Shown here: positions 27,864 through 40,574 of the stretch, one piece after another
How the letters are laid out: every line of letters starts with the position of its first letter
Position numbering within the stretch: position 1 is the stretch's first letter
Assembly: GCF_030028105.1 (NCBI RefSeq)
Contig: NC_092379.1
Coordinates: 19,383,309 to 19,447,308 of the forward strand
Reading direction: 5' to 3'
Origin: Mobula birostris
Taxonomy: Eukaryota
DNA: 64,000 nucleotides
Position numbers and translations under genes: made by a program
The notes under the pieces: generated by a model
The model's database searches: none
Seen by the model: the letters and a program-made list of their open reading frames with translations, nothing else
What the model was told of the DNA's origin: nothing

Positions 27864-28018
27864 TCACTTGGTTACCTTGATAACGGTGACGAAGGTGCTG
27901 TAGAGGAAACTGATGATGAACAGAATGGCAAAGGCAGCAACTGTAAGCACATTGTCATCTCCATCCACGTGTCCCTGTTCTTCCTTCCCCTCCTCTCCTG
28001 TCAAGTCTGTGCAGATTC
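27864..28018 (-). CDS. IgW: IgW transmembrane exon TM1 (GICTDLTGEEGKEEQGHVDGDDNVLTVAAFAILFIISFLYSTFVTVIK; read-through adds VTK*)
   Basis: Acceptor caattctttcag|GA; acidic spacer, then the antigen-receptor TM motif (F..LF..S..YST.VT); phase-0 donor AAG|GTAACC. Confidence 0.93.
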
Positions 28019-28618
28019 CTGAAAGAATTGAGAAAGTGAGACTGTTAGTTTCTTGTCGATGTTTCTTGAAGATCAACATGGCAATAAACTTGAGTAAACT
28101 TAATGACTCAAGTCATGTTTCCCCACAGCATGTCATTTGTAACCAGGGAGCAGCTGGATAGAGCTAAATGAACTAGTTTCTCCGAAACGACTATGTTCGC
28201 TCCGTTAAAAATATTGACCAGATATTCACTTAGCGTTCATTAAACATCATCCCAGTTTGTAATTTACTCTGGGAAGTGCATGTATGTTCAGCAGTCCCTC
28301 CAAGACAGTTTATCCAAAGACCTGCTGTTAGTTCCTGCGTATTCATTTCATTGATTATTATCTCTGCAGTTAAAGCCTTTCAGACTGCTAACAGATCTGC
28401 CAGCCTTGTGTGAGTGGCAAAGTTTGTCATGTGTGTTTCTGCCCAATATCTAAACCATGAATAAATCTAGTGAATAGTGTCAGCACTGAACACATTGCTG
28501 CAGGTCACAGGGCATCACTGTCTACATATTGTCCCTTCTTTCTGTAGCTCTCCACTTTCTGAATGAGATCACTAAATGTCTTCACAAAGTTGATGAAATA
28601 TCTTTCCCTGTCAATTAC

Positions 28619-28663
28619 CTTTGTATATTTGAAACTGCGGACCAATCCAGAATGTTCTGTCAT
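28619..28663 (-). CDS. Candidate 45-nt membrane-proximal mini-exon (DDRTFWIGPQFQIYK)
   Basis: tttctactgtacag|AT ... AAAG|GTAATT; phase 1-1, no stop, sits between CH4' and the TM exon. No transcript evidence. Confidence 0.45.
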
Positions 28664-29984
28664 CTGTACAGTAGAAACTAGAATACACATACACCTATAA
28701 CCATTTGAATGTCTGTCTGCCTGTCTATATAATGAAGGACAGAACCAACCAGGCAACACTTCCAGCCCCTCATGTTTGAGTCACACAGTTGTATCCCAAA
28801 ACATACCGGCACGGAACACTGGCAGCCGAATGCTTTCCGTACCTTCTTTATTGAACTTTGATTGCACAAACACAGGCTGACATTCAACCTCTCATGTAGT
28901 CTACAGAAGTTTCCAACAGGATCAGACCTGACACTAGGAAGTTTTTAAAAAAAACTGCAGGATCTCAGACATGTTAGTAATTTATTTTGATGTATTTAAT
29001 CATGGAAATATATATTTCCATTTTGAGCTAATGAGAAAGAACTTGCAGGTAACCTTGCTTGTTTCAGGGAGATAAACCACATTGTTGTAGGATCAGCCAC
29101 CAACTGGAGGTTGACCAGTGGGGTAGCTGGCCACGGGAATCTCTGCTGCAAAGAACTCAGTGACCTGACACTTGTCCTTTTATCTGATGAGGAAGTGTAG
29201 CTTTAGAGGGTTCCTACTGGGAATGGACTTTTTTATTCATCTGAAGTTTTCCTGGAATATTCTGCTCTTACACCATTCAGGCTAATATTTACACCAGGAG
29301 TGATCTCTCCACATCTAAAATGTAAAGGCTTTTTACTTTTGGAAATGAAAGAGAAATTGTGGAAAGTGTTCAGTGGGTTAGAAAACACTTGTGAACAGAG
29401 AAAGGGATAACATTGAGAGAGCATCACAAGTGTACTCTGTACCATTGCTTCAGCACTAGTTCTGTGCCTGGCTGAGTACTGTGCATCTCTCTGGTTTACT
29501 GGAACTCAACAACTGTCTGGTGTCCAGTTACATTCCACGATGCCTGCTCCAGTGAAACTCAGTTCCTCCAGTTCTGCTGACAGATAGACTTGCTTCATGT
29601 TTCTGAGATGCTGGTGTGAGAACATTGACCCTGCAGTCATTATTTCATCATTCCCTCACTGACAAGGCCGGCATTCCTTGCTCTGCTCCAGCAGGTCCGT
29701 CACAGAGCAGTGAAGAGTTTGGTGTGGGACTGATGGATACAGGTAAACAGGGTAGGAAGGGCAGTGTCCTTCACCAAAGAACATCAGTGAAATAGTTTGT
29801 AATCTAAAACTGGCTTGAAGCATTGAATGAACTCTGATTCTTTCCCACTCTCTGCCTCTGCATTATTAATCCACTCACACAACTACAACAATGCCAGACT
29901 TGCCGTTACCTATTGACCTTGCTTGTCCCTGGGTTGTGACTGTGGCAGAGGATGTCAACAGTACAGTGAATCTCAGAATCATAC

Positions 29985-30308
29985 CTTGAATGTTTTTCAC
30001 ATCCTGCCTGACACTGGTGTTGGAGGGGGGATGAGACACTGTGCATCTGAAAACTGAGTCTTCCTTCCACTCCTCTGTGCTCACGGTCAGGTCGTAGCTG
30101 GCAATGAAAGTCCCTGCCTGTTCCAGAGCAGTTGGTCTCACACTGGTGTTGGAAGAGATCAGAGAGTCCCCTTTCTCCCAGGTGGCGGTTATTTGTTCCG
30201 GGTAGAATCCAGAGGCAACACACTCGAGGGTGACCGTGTTCCCACTGTTGGTCCCTCCCTCTGGCGGTGGCAGCAGTCTGACTTTGGGACTTTTTGTCTC
30301 CAGTGGAA
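29985..30308 (-). CDS. IgW: Second CH4-like exon (CH4'/CH8)
   Basis: Open frame VPLETKSPKVRLLPP...TVTLECVASGFYP...FRCTVSHPPS...KNIQ, donor G|GTATGA. The ancestral acceptor is now AC; an in-frame AG lies 6 nt upstream. Confidence 0.9.
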
Positions 30309-30391
30309 CTGATGGGCAAACAATGGAAATGTCAAACATTTTTACTGAGGTAACCAACGTTGTCCATTTTAATCGCTGACCTCTTGCCCAC

Positions 30392-30694
30392 CTTTGGTAC
30401 TTTTTGTCCGTGCTGATACTGGTGAGGTTGCAGAAGGTTGTCGGGCAGAGCAAGTGTACTCCACCCCACTGGTCCACTCCTCCACACTGGTCTGGAGTTG
30501 GCTGATCACTGTATCTTGGGTTCCTTCCTCTCTTGGTTTTTTGGTCACATTTGCTTTAATTTTCTCCCTCTCGTTCACTTTCCAGTGGATTTGGACCTGG
30601 CTCAGATCAGCACCCACAATCATACACACCAGAGTAGCGGTCTGGTTGATCCACATCTCTTCAATGGAGGGATTTTGGATAAAGACGGACAACT
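30392..30694 (-). CDS. IgW: Second CH3-like exon (CH3'/CH7), 3' of the secretory tailpiece
   Basis: 303 nt, acceptor tcatctacag|AG, donor G|GTGGGC, open frame ELSVFIQNPSIEEMWINQTATLVC...EYTCSA...STK; 52/101 aa identical to CH3 by hand alignment. Confidence 0.92.
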
Positions 30695-31539
30695 CTGTAG
30701 ATGAGTAATAGAAAACTTACAAACTGGACGATATCTATTGTCAGCTGGCTTGACAACTTCAGCTCAGACTTATCCTGAAGCTCAACTTGTACATAATTGT
30801 ACAATGGGGTGAAATCAGGTTTGTCTGCAGAGTGGGTTTGCTCATCTCTGTTTACAACCTTTGAATGAGAAAACAAAATCAAACATCAAGGAGCTTCTTT
30901 CCTTGGGACCCAGTTGGGTCACAACAGGGACTACAGGACAGTTGCCCAGCTACGTGACATTTAGCTGCTGCAATGCCAATCAAATGCACTATCAGAGCTG
31001 TCAATTGCAATGAGAGATGCAGTTTCTCATGAAAGACGACATTTCCTGAAATCTTCTTGTCTTGGAGCATGTGAGAGCCTGTAGATCCATTTGTGACATT
31101 GAGCTGAATCAATGAGCTGCCTCATATCTGTTAGGACTGAGCCTGAGATTCCTCCAGAATGAAAATTCTGATGCTGACTTTCGAATCTCCCATGAAAAAT
31201 CTCTCTTTTCATTTCTGTAACTTGCCTGCCCTAGTCAATGATCTCACTTTGTTCCAGTTGTCCTATTCACTTCATCTATTTCCATCTCTACACTTTAAAC
31301 CTCCCTGCCATTCTATTTCCTGTGGAGTCTGCTTTTCACTTGCTGGACACTCATAGACATGGCTTTGTGTCCCATCATCCACATCATTAGTAATATCAGT
31401 GAATAGTTGCAGGGCGGACAAAGATCATTGCAGGGCACTGCTCACGATTAAATCCTGCTGAGTTCAGTCCCCTGTCACATGACACAGTGATAATGGAGTT
31501 GTTGATGAATGATTGCAAACAATTTCAGTCCATTAGTCT

Positions 31540-33180
31540 ACAGCAGATCCAGGCATGGTGTGGGGCAGCCACCTCAGGCCAACATCGGGCAGTCACTGGA
31601 AGAGCTGAGCGCCGTGATCAGTAAACACGAAATAGCACACCCGGATATGAACCAGGACATCTTGAGGAAGTCTCTGAACAATGACCACTCACATATCTCC
31701 TGTGGAACCAGACGAGCCAACACTTGACCACTGTGATACCACCATCAACAACGGTTACCGTGCCAGCACATGGCCACACTTTGGTAAGGCTGATCACCTG
31801 GATGTACTTCAACTCCCAGCATATAGGCAGAGACTAAAGACCACAGCGTTGGTAGCAAGGACCAAGAAGATATCGTCAAGGAAGACAGAAGTGCGCCGAC
31901 AGGACTTTTGAGTTGGTGAACTGGATAATATTACTGCACAACAATTTTTTCAAAAATGTTGCTTCCTCAGAGTTTTTTTTATTTATGATAGACTGCTTGA
32001 AGATGAACACAAATATAATTTCAGACTACTTGGATCACGTAGGAATTTGGAGAAACAACAAATTAACTTTTATTGAATATAATGTGTTTAATTGCATAAT
32101 GGTGCTGATGCTTTGCAATAGTTCAACTAAGATGAAAATATTTTGTTAATGATTTTCATTTGTGCTCAATGTCTGCGGCTTCTTGCTTAACTGTCCAAAA
32201 ATAATCCACCAGCATTGATGGATTCCAGTTGCCCTGATATCTTTTCTCCATGACCGCAACGTCCTGGTGAAACCTCTCACCATGCTCGTCACTAACAGCA
32301 CCAAGATTTGCAGGGAAGAAGTCTAAATGGGAGTGGAGAAAATGAATCTTTAGTGACATGTTGCATTTCAAGGTTTTGTATGCTTGAAGCATGCTTTCAA
32401 CCAGCTGCATGTAGTTTGGTGCTCTATAGATACCGAGAAAAGTTTCAACAACTTCCTTGAATGACTTGTGATTTTCTCCGGTCCCACTAGAAATTCTTCA
32501 AATTGCCTGTCATTGATGACCTGTTTGATTTGTGGACCAACAAAAATGCTTTCCTTAATCTTGGCATCAGTTATTCTGGGAAGCATCTGTCTCAAATATC
32601 AAAATCCTTCATAGAAATGTTTGTGCCTGGTGATAGCAAATTCCATCCTTACAGTCCTGAACCCAAAAATTATTACTAAAACCTGTCCTGCCATGCAGCA
32701 GCCGTGCCGCCTAAGCATGCCCAAGCATGCCTGGACAAGATAGGAATCTTTCCAGCTTACATTGTAGGCAACATTTTAATTGACTTGAATTATGAATTGA
32801 AATAATAAACATAAGTGACTTCAAAAAATGGTGCGTGATAGGGAAATTTCATGATGATTTTCATGATCGGTAGCCCAAAATTCAAAAGATACAGCTAAAG
32901 GTATTCAGGAAGCAAGATCTTTGTTGTCCAGTGTATTCAGAGACTTATCTTCAAATCGGAATGAATATGCCACAGTTGTCACCAACTTTGTCAAACCCTG
33001 TGTGGATAAGTGTGTGCCTTCAAGAACATACCGGACATACCCAAAGCAAAAGCTGTGGATGGACCAGGAGATTTGTAGTCTGCTGAGGGCTCGATTTATG
33101 GCAGTCCAGGCTGGTGATCTAGCATTAGACAAGAAGCCCAGGTACGACCTGCGGAAGGCTATTTTAAGAGTGAATAAACT
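31540..33180 (+). mobile_element. Rex1/Babar- or L2-like LINE fragment split by a DNA transposon
   Basis: TLDHCDTTINNGYRA...GKADH on the left; YATVVTNFVKPCVDKCVP...KQKLWM on the right. Confidence 0.75.
31932..32933 (-). mobile_element. Internally deleted TIR DNA transposon, CMC/Chapaev3-like (family from memory)
   Basis: TIRs TACTGCACAACAA (31932-31944) and TTGTTGTCCAGTG (32921-32933); 3-bp TSD TAT; transposase remnants IFVGPQIK and NMSLKIHFLHSHLDFFP...SDEHGERFHQD. Confidence 0.8.
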
Positions 33181-34049
33181 CATCTTGGTCAAGATGATGC
33201 CAGAATGCAATCCTCGCTCGGTCAACCTCTTCCAGATTGCTCATGAAGATATCCTTTTTTGGTCTTTTATGTCTGTTTTTCTCCTTAAATATGTTTCTGG
33301 GACTGTTAGAGTTAGAGACTGCGATTTTGATTGGAGATTGTTTCAGTGATCCAGTACCTTGCTGACTCTGAGAAGATTCTGAGCATGTACTCAGATCACC
33401 TCGATGCAATGAAACTTCAAGACAGGGTGCGAGCCGACGATTGACTCCATTTCGCCATTTAAAGCATTCATTAAGCGAGTGAACGTTTTGGCGCCGATGC
33501 CTGTCTTTTGATCACTGCTGGAGATGGATTCTGTGAGCGGCCTTTTGCTTTGTGTCTTGCTGTGACAGGCGGGTCGGCCTCTCTGCCTCGTGTGGTGTCC
33601 CTCTCCTGTCTTTCAATGAATGTCGGTGATATCGGAGATGGTATTGTGGTTCTGTATTTGTGGATTCGACTGTTGTGTTTATGGACTGTGGACATTTTCA
33701 GACTTATATTCTGTGTTTTTTATCGCCCGTTCCTTTTCTGTTTTGTAGTGTGACGGGAGGGTGTTTGGGGGTCGGTGTTCTGTTAGCTTTTTGTGTGGGG
33801 GAGGGGTTGTTTTGTGGGGTCGGTGTTACTGTTCTGTTTTGTGAAGGGGGGTATCGGGGGGGGATTGATGATTGGGATGCCATTTTTGTCAGTGGGGGGA
33901 TGGGGTGAGTTTCATGTTTCTCTCTGAACGACTTTCATGTTCTTTCTTGTTTTCGTGGCTATCTGGAGAACACAAATTTTAAGTTGTATGTGGATACAGG
34001 CTTTGATAATAATGAACCTTTGTACAATTCCAATTGAACTTAGTGAAGG

Positions 34050-35750
34050 AATCAGATACCCTTCAGCTCTGGCAGACTTTTCAGGCCATTACTTCCTACA
34101 AGGTGAAACCTAACAACATGAATGGCAGTGATGCTTCATTCCCAGATGAGCTGAACACCATTTAAGCACACTTTGAAAGGGAGAATGAAACTACATGTGG
34201 GTGAATCCCTGCAGTGTCTGGTGACCCTGTCATCTCTGTCTCGGATGCCAACGTCAGAGCAGCTTTCAAGAGGGTGAATCCTCACACTGAATCAGGCCCT
34301 GATGCTGTGCCTGGTACGGAATTGAAAACCTGTGCAACCAACTGGTGGGAGTGTTCAGGAACATCTTCAATATCTCACTGCTGCAGTCAGAGGTTCCCAT
34401 CTGTTTCAAAAGAGTGAGAATCATACCAGCGCCCAAGAAGAGCAGGGTGAGCTGTCTCAATGACTATCGCTCAGTTGCACCCACATCTACTGTGAGGAAA
34501 TGCTTTGAGAGGTTGGTCACGGCCAGAATCAACTCCTGCTTAAGCAAGGACCTGGACCCCTGCAATTTACCTGTTGCCACAATAGGTCTACAGCAGATGG
34601 AATCTGACTGGCTCTCCACTCGGCCTTGGATCACCTGGACAATAACAATACCTGCTGAACATCAGGATGTTGTTTACTGATTACAGCTCAGTGTTCAACA
34701 CAATCATAACCTCAGTTCAAATCAACAAACTCCAAAACCTGGGCCTCCAGACCTCTCTCCACAACTGGATCCTTGACATCCTCACTGGGAGACCACAGTC
34801 AGTGTGGATCTGAATGAGCATCTCCTCCTCACTGACAATCAACACTGGAGCACCTCAAGGATGTGTGCTTAGCCCACTGCTCTACTCTCTCTGCACCCAC
34901 AACTGTGCGACTAGGTAGAACTCAAGTGGCGTTTATAAACTTGCTGATGAACTATTGTGGGCAGAATTTCAGGGTGATGAGGAGGCATACAAGAGCAGGA
35001 TAGAGCAGCTGGGTAAATGGTATCACAATAGTATCCTTGCATTCAATGTCAGTGAGATGAAGCAATTGATTGCAGACTTCAGGAAGGGTAGGTTGTGGGA
35101 ACACACGTCAGTCTTCATTGTGGGATCAGCAGTGGAAAGGGTGAGCAGTTTCAAGTTCCTGGGTGTCAATATTTCCGAACATCTATCCTGGGTCCAACTT
35201 ATTGATGCAATAACAAAGAAGGCATGGCAGTGGCTATATTTTAATTGGAATTTGAGTAGTCTGGGTATGTTGCTAAAGACTATCGCAGATTTCTATAGAT
35301 GTACCATGGAGAGTATTCTGATTGCATTACCATCAGGAAAAGCTGCAGGAAGTTGTAAACTCAGCCAGCTCCATCATGGACACCAACTTCCCCAGTATCA
35401 ATGACACCTTCAACAGGCGATGGCTTGAGAAGGCAGCATTCGTCATTAAGGTCTCCCACCACCAAGGACCTGCCCCCTTCTCATTGCCACTTTCAAGCAG
35501 GAGGCACAAGAGCCTGAAGACACACTCAACATTTGAGGAACAGCTTTCTCCCCTCCTAAATGGACAATGAAGCCATGAACATTACCTCACCATTTTTTCT
35601 TCGTTTTGCACTACTTATTTAATTTATTTTTTATATTTACTTCATATAGGAATTTATTGCTTTTTATTATTAAGTATTTCAATGTACTGCTGCAGCAAAA
35701 CACCAAATTTAATGACAAATGACAGTGATATTAAAGCTAATTCTGATTCT
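34050..35750 (+). mobile_element. Rex1/Babar- or L2-like LINE, RT to 3' end
   Basis: CLNDYRSVA...KCFERLV and FKFLGVNIS; tail taaagctaattctgattct. Confidence 0.8.
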
Positions 35751-36099
35751 GGTCGAAGAGGTTGGTCACCATGGACTCAAAATCACCAACCACACCTCAC
35801 GTCTGTACTTATGAAATACTGTCTCTCTAAACATACCAGCATTGTGGAATACTCACAATGATACCTTTTTGTATTTCCTCTATTCATCTTTGATTGGTAA
35901 CACTGACACTTACACACACTAATCCTCTCATTGGGATGACCTGGGAGGAACATGTGTTCTCAGTCACCATCGGGAAATAACGTCTAATCTCTGACCCAAC
36001 AATAAAGCTGCTGTGTTTGACTCAAGTGAGAAATACAAAACACTTTACACTGAATCAGAACTGGTGTCAGGGTTCCAGTCGCTTGAGCACAAACTGTGT

Positions 36100-36740
36100 G
36101 TGAGGAGTACAAGAATACAAGAGCAAGAATGTGATGCTGAGGCTTTATAAGGCACTAGTGAGGCCTCACCTTGAGTATTGTGAACAGTTTTGGGCCCCTC
36201 ATCTTAGCAAAGATGTGCTGGAATTGGAGAGGGTCTAGTGGAGGTTCACAAGGATGATTCCAAGAATGAAAGGGTTATCATACTAGGAACGTTTGATGGC
36301 TCTGGGTCTGTTCTCACTGCATTTCAGAAGGATGAGGGGGGATCTCATTGAAACCTTTCGAATGTTGAAAGGCCTAGACAGAGTAGATGTGGAAAGGATG
36401 TTTCCCCATGGTGGGAAAGTCTAGGACAAGAGGGCACCCCAGCCTCAGGATAGAGGGGCGCCCTTTCAAAACAGAGATGTGGAAAAACTTCTTTAGTCGA
36501 AGTGTGGTGAATTTGTTGACTTTGTTGCCACATGCAGCTGTGGAGGCCAAATTGTTAGGTGTATTTAAGGCAGAGATTGGAAAGTTCTTAATTGGACATG
36601 GCGTCAAAGGTTACGGGGAGAAGGACAAGAGCTAGGGTTGAAGAGGAGAAAAAAAATGATCAGCCATGATTGAATGATGGAGCAGACTTAATGAGCCAGA
36701 TGGCCTAATTCTGCTGCTATGTCTTATGGTCTTAAGGTCT
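36100..36740 (+). mobile_element. CR1 3' fragment
   Basis: LRIEGRPFKTEMWKNFFS; tail gtcttatggtctt. Confidence 0.8.
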
Positions 36741-37349
36741 TTTGGAGTTCCGCAAAATGTTAGGCATGTCGTGGATCACGTAACGTGTTCTGTGTCCTGC
36801 ATAGAGTAAGGGTGATTTTGTTGAGACACACTGAGGTTGAGGTCCTGTTCAAAGGGCACCGACACCAATGATTCCTTTGAAGACCTCCCTATGTCTCTTT
36901 CTAGGTCTGTCTGTCTCTGCTTTAGCCACTCAGATTGTCCTCTGCCTTCTCTCTTCAAACATCCACACAGTTTTTTTATTTGCATAGTTCTGATCTCATC
37001 CTTTGTCTCTTCTTGCAATTCTCTCTGTCTCTGTCTCCACTGAACTCACAAGAAGAAAAGAAAACAGGAGAAAGAGTAGACCACCAGATTCCATGCTCTG
37101 GGCTGAGATTTCTGGGGATTCGTTCCCTCTGAGAGAAGAAATTTCTCTGCACCTCAGTTTCAAATGTCTGGCTCCTTATTTCGTAACTATGTCCCCTTGC
37201 TTGTGACTCTCTGATGGGTGACAATCTCTCAACATCAACCCTCTTGTGCCCCTTTTGTATCTGAAATGTTTGAGTCCAGAAATCCTGGATTCTTCTCAAC
37301 TGCAAGCAATGCAGACACTGACAGTCTGGCCTCGGTCACTGTCTGACAG

Positions 37350-39960
37350 TCACTTCAGTTACAGAGACAGGCCCTTTGGCCCATCTAGTATTTAAACTGC
37401 CTAGTCCCATTGAATTTCACCTAGACCATAGTCATTCATACCCCTCCCATTCATGTACCTACACTCCAAATTTAGCCTCAGGAATGTCTTATACAACTTC
37501 AACATTACATCCAATCTCCTGTACACAATACCTAGATTTGTGAAGGCCAATTGCAACACATCTCACTTAAATTCCATCTGACATTTTTCTGCCCATTGAG
37601 TCATAAAGAAGTACAGCCCAGAGACAGGCCTTTCAGCCCATCTAGTCATTGCTGAGCCATTTAAACTGCCAAGTCCCATTGACTTGCACCCAGACCATCG
37701 CCCTCCATACCCCTCCCATCCATGTAACCATCCAAACTTCTCTGAAACATTGAAATCGAGCTTGCAAGCACCACTTGCTCTGGGAGCTCATTCCACACTC
37801 TCATAAATCTCTGAGTGAAGAAGTTTACCTCATGTTCCTCTTCAACATTTCACCTTTCACCCTTAACCCATGATCTCTAGTTGGCGTTCCTCCCAACCTC
37901 AGTGGAAAAAGCCTGCTTGCATTTACCCTATCTATATCCTTGATAATTTTGTATACCTCCATCAAATCTCCCCTCAATCTTCTACGTTCCAGGAAATAAA
38001 GTCCTAACCTATGTAATCTTTCCTTTTGACACAGTTTCTCCAGTCCTGGTAGAATCCTTTTAAACTTTCTCTGTACTCTTTCAATCTTATTTACATCTTT
38101 CCTGTAGGTTAGTGACTGCACACTGTACTCCCAAATTAGGCCTCACGAATGTCTGATACAACTTAAAGATAACTTCCCATCTCCTGTACTCAGAACTTTG
38201 ATTTATGAAGACCAATGTGCCAAAAGTTTTCTTTATGATGCTATCTACCTGTGCCCCCATTTTCAATGAGTTATGAACCTTTGTTGTACTGCAATCCTCA
38301 GTGTCCTATCGTTCACTGTGTAAGACCTACCCTGGTTGGTCCTACCAAAGTGCAAAACCTCACGCTTGCCTGCATTAAATTCCATCTGCCATTTTACCAT
38401 CTGGTCAAGATCCCACTGCAAGCTGTGATAGTCTTCCTTGCTGTCTACTCCACCTCCCAGTCTTGGAGTTAATTACAAATTTGCTGATCCAGTTAACTAT
38501 ATTTTCATCTAGATCATTGATTCAGATGACAAACAACAATGGACCCAGCACCAAGCCCTGCGAAACTCCATTAGTCACAGGCCTCCAGTCAGATAAGCAA
38601 CTATCTACTACCATCTGTGGCTTCTCCCACAAAGCCAATATCCATTCGAAATTACTACCTTATCTTGACATATCTGTAGAATCCTAAAGGATTCTCCTTC
38701 ACTTTGCCTGCTAGGGCAACCTCATCCATTCTTTTATCCCTTCTTATTTCTTTCTTAGGTGTTTTCTTGCATTTCCTATACCCCATAAGTACTTCATTTG
38801 TTCCTACCTGCCTGACCCTGCTGAGACTTCCTTTTCCTTCTTAATCAGGGCCTCAAGATCTCTTGAAGACCAAGGCTCCCTGAATCTGTCATTGTTGCCT
38901 TTTAATCTGACAGGCACATACAGCAATGTGCTCTCAAAATTTCATATTTGAAGGTTTCCCACTTACCAAGTACGCCTTTGCCAGAAAACAGCCTGTCCCA
39001 GCTCACACTTGCCAGATCCTTTCTGATACCATCAAAATTGGCCTTTCTCCACTTTAGCATCTGAACCTGTGAACCAGATTCATCTTTTTCCATATTTATT
39101 TTGAAACTAATTGCATTTTGATCAGTAGATGCAAAGTGTTCCCTTACACTATCTTCTGTCAGCTGCTCTGTCTCATTCCTTAAAAAGGCATGAAGTATTC
39201 CACACCGTCTTGTTGGGACCTCTCCGTAATGATTAAGGAAACTTTCCTGTGTACATTTCACGAGATCCATCCCTTTTATAGAATGGGAGTTCAAGTCAAT
39301 ATGTGGAAAGTTGAAATAACACACAATCACAACCTTATGTTTTTTGCAGCAGTCTGTGATCTCCCTACAAATTTGTAGCTCTAAATCCTGCAGACTGCTG
39401 GGTCGTCTACAATATGGCCCCATGAACAAGGTCATACCTTTCTTATTCCTCATTTCCACCCATAAAGCCTAACTAGAGAAGTTCTCCAGTCTCTCCTGAC
39501 TGATCACTGCTGTGACAATTTCCCTGACGAGCAACGCTATCCCTCCTGCACTGATGTGTCTAAAACAATGGAACCCTGGAATACTGAACTGCCATTCCTG
39601 CCTCTCCTGCAGCCAAGTCTCACTAATGTCTACAGTATCAAATTCCATATGTTGATCTATGACATGAGCTCATTTGCCTTTCCTACAATAATACTTGCTT
39701 TGAAATATACGCAACTCAGAACATTACTCACACCATGCTCAACTGTTTAATTCCTGACATCTGTCTCCACAACCTCTCCACTATCTGTCCTGACTCTCTG
39801 GTTCTCATACCCTGCAACTCAAGTTGCATCCCCCACCCCCGCCATGCAGCACAAGCAAACCTTTCCGTAAGGATATTAGTCCCACTTCACTGCAGATGCA
39901 AACCATCTGCCCTGACAGACAGACGTTTAACTGCGAAGTTGCAACAGAACAGTTCCCAAC
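37350..39960 (-). mobile_element. Degenerate CR1 fragments (endonuclease remnant and RT 3' part)
   Basis: VIVCYFNFPHID and YRKDVNKIERVQRKF. Confidence 0.78.
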
Positions 39961-40574
39961 AATGACCAGGTGAGGAGCAGCGAGGTTAGTGGGAACAAGG
40001 AACCCTCATACAGTGATCCGACATCTTCAACACTGATATGACATTTGGTCAGTGGTTTCAACTCTGAACTCTTCGTCAGATGGCCGTAGGTTCTAATTTC
40101 TCTGACCATTAGTTGACAGCTGATCACTGGGACTCATGATGCAGGAAGGGTTTAGACACCATAGATACAAAGACACCTATTTCTCCCCGAATGTGCGCCA
40201 CCTACCACACCACATGTTGAAGGTTCCTTGTTTCCCGTCTCCAAAAATCACAGCTAGAACATTTTCAAATCATATTTATTGAACTTGGATCGGTACATTG
40301 ACACAAACAAAGATTTATTACATTGTGGAGTCCCACACAGGGTTGAAATCCATTCAATCATGGCAGAAGAAGGTCTTAGGATGTACGTACAAACTCAGGG
40401 ATTTGAGGTGAATCATGTTTGTTCCTTAATTTGGTTCTTGATCATAATTTCATTCTTAATTATTTTAAAAGGTCTAGATTTTAAACATGTTTTAATCAGC
40501 TAAATAATCCTCTGTTATAATTAATAATCATAAAACTAACAAAACTGGGGTTTCATGGATTGAATCACACAGTA

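Noticed and set aside
36978-36985. Octamer ATTTGCAT as a 3' enhancer
   Set aside because: About two hits are expected by chance in 64 kb on both strands, and no supporting motif cluster was seen.
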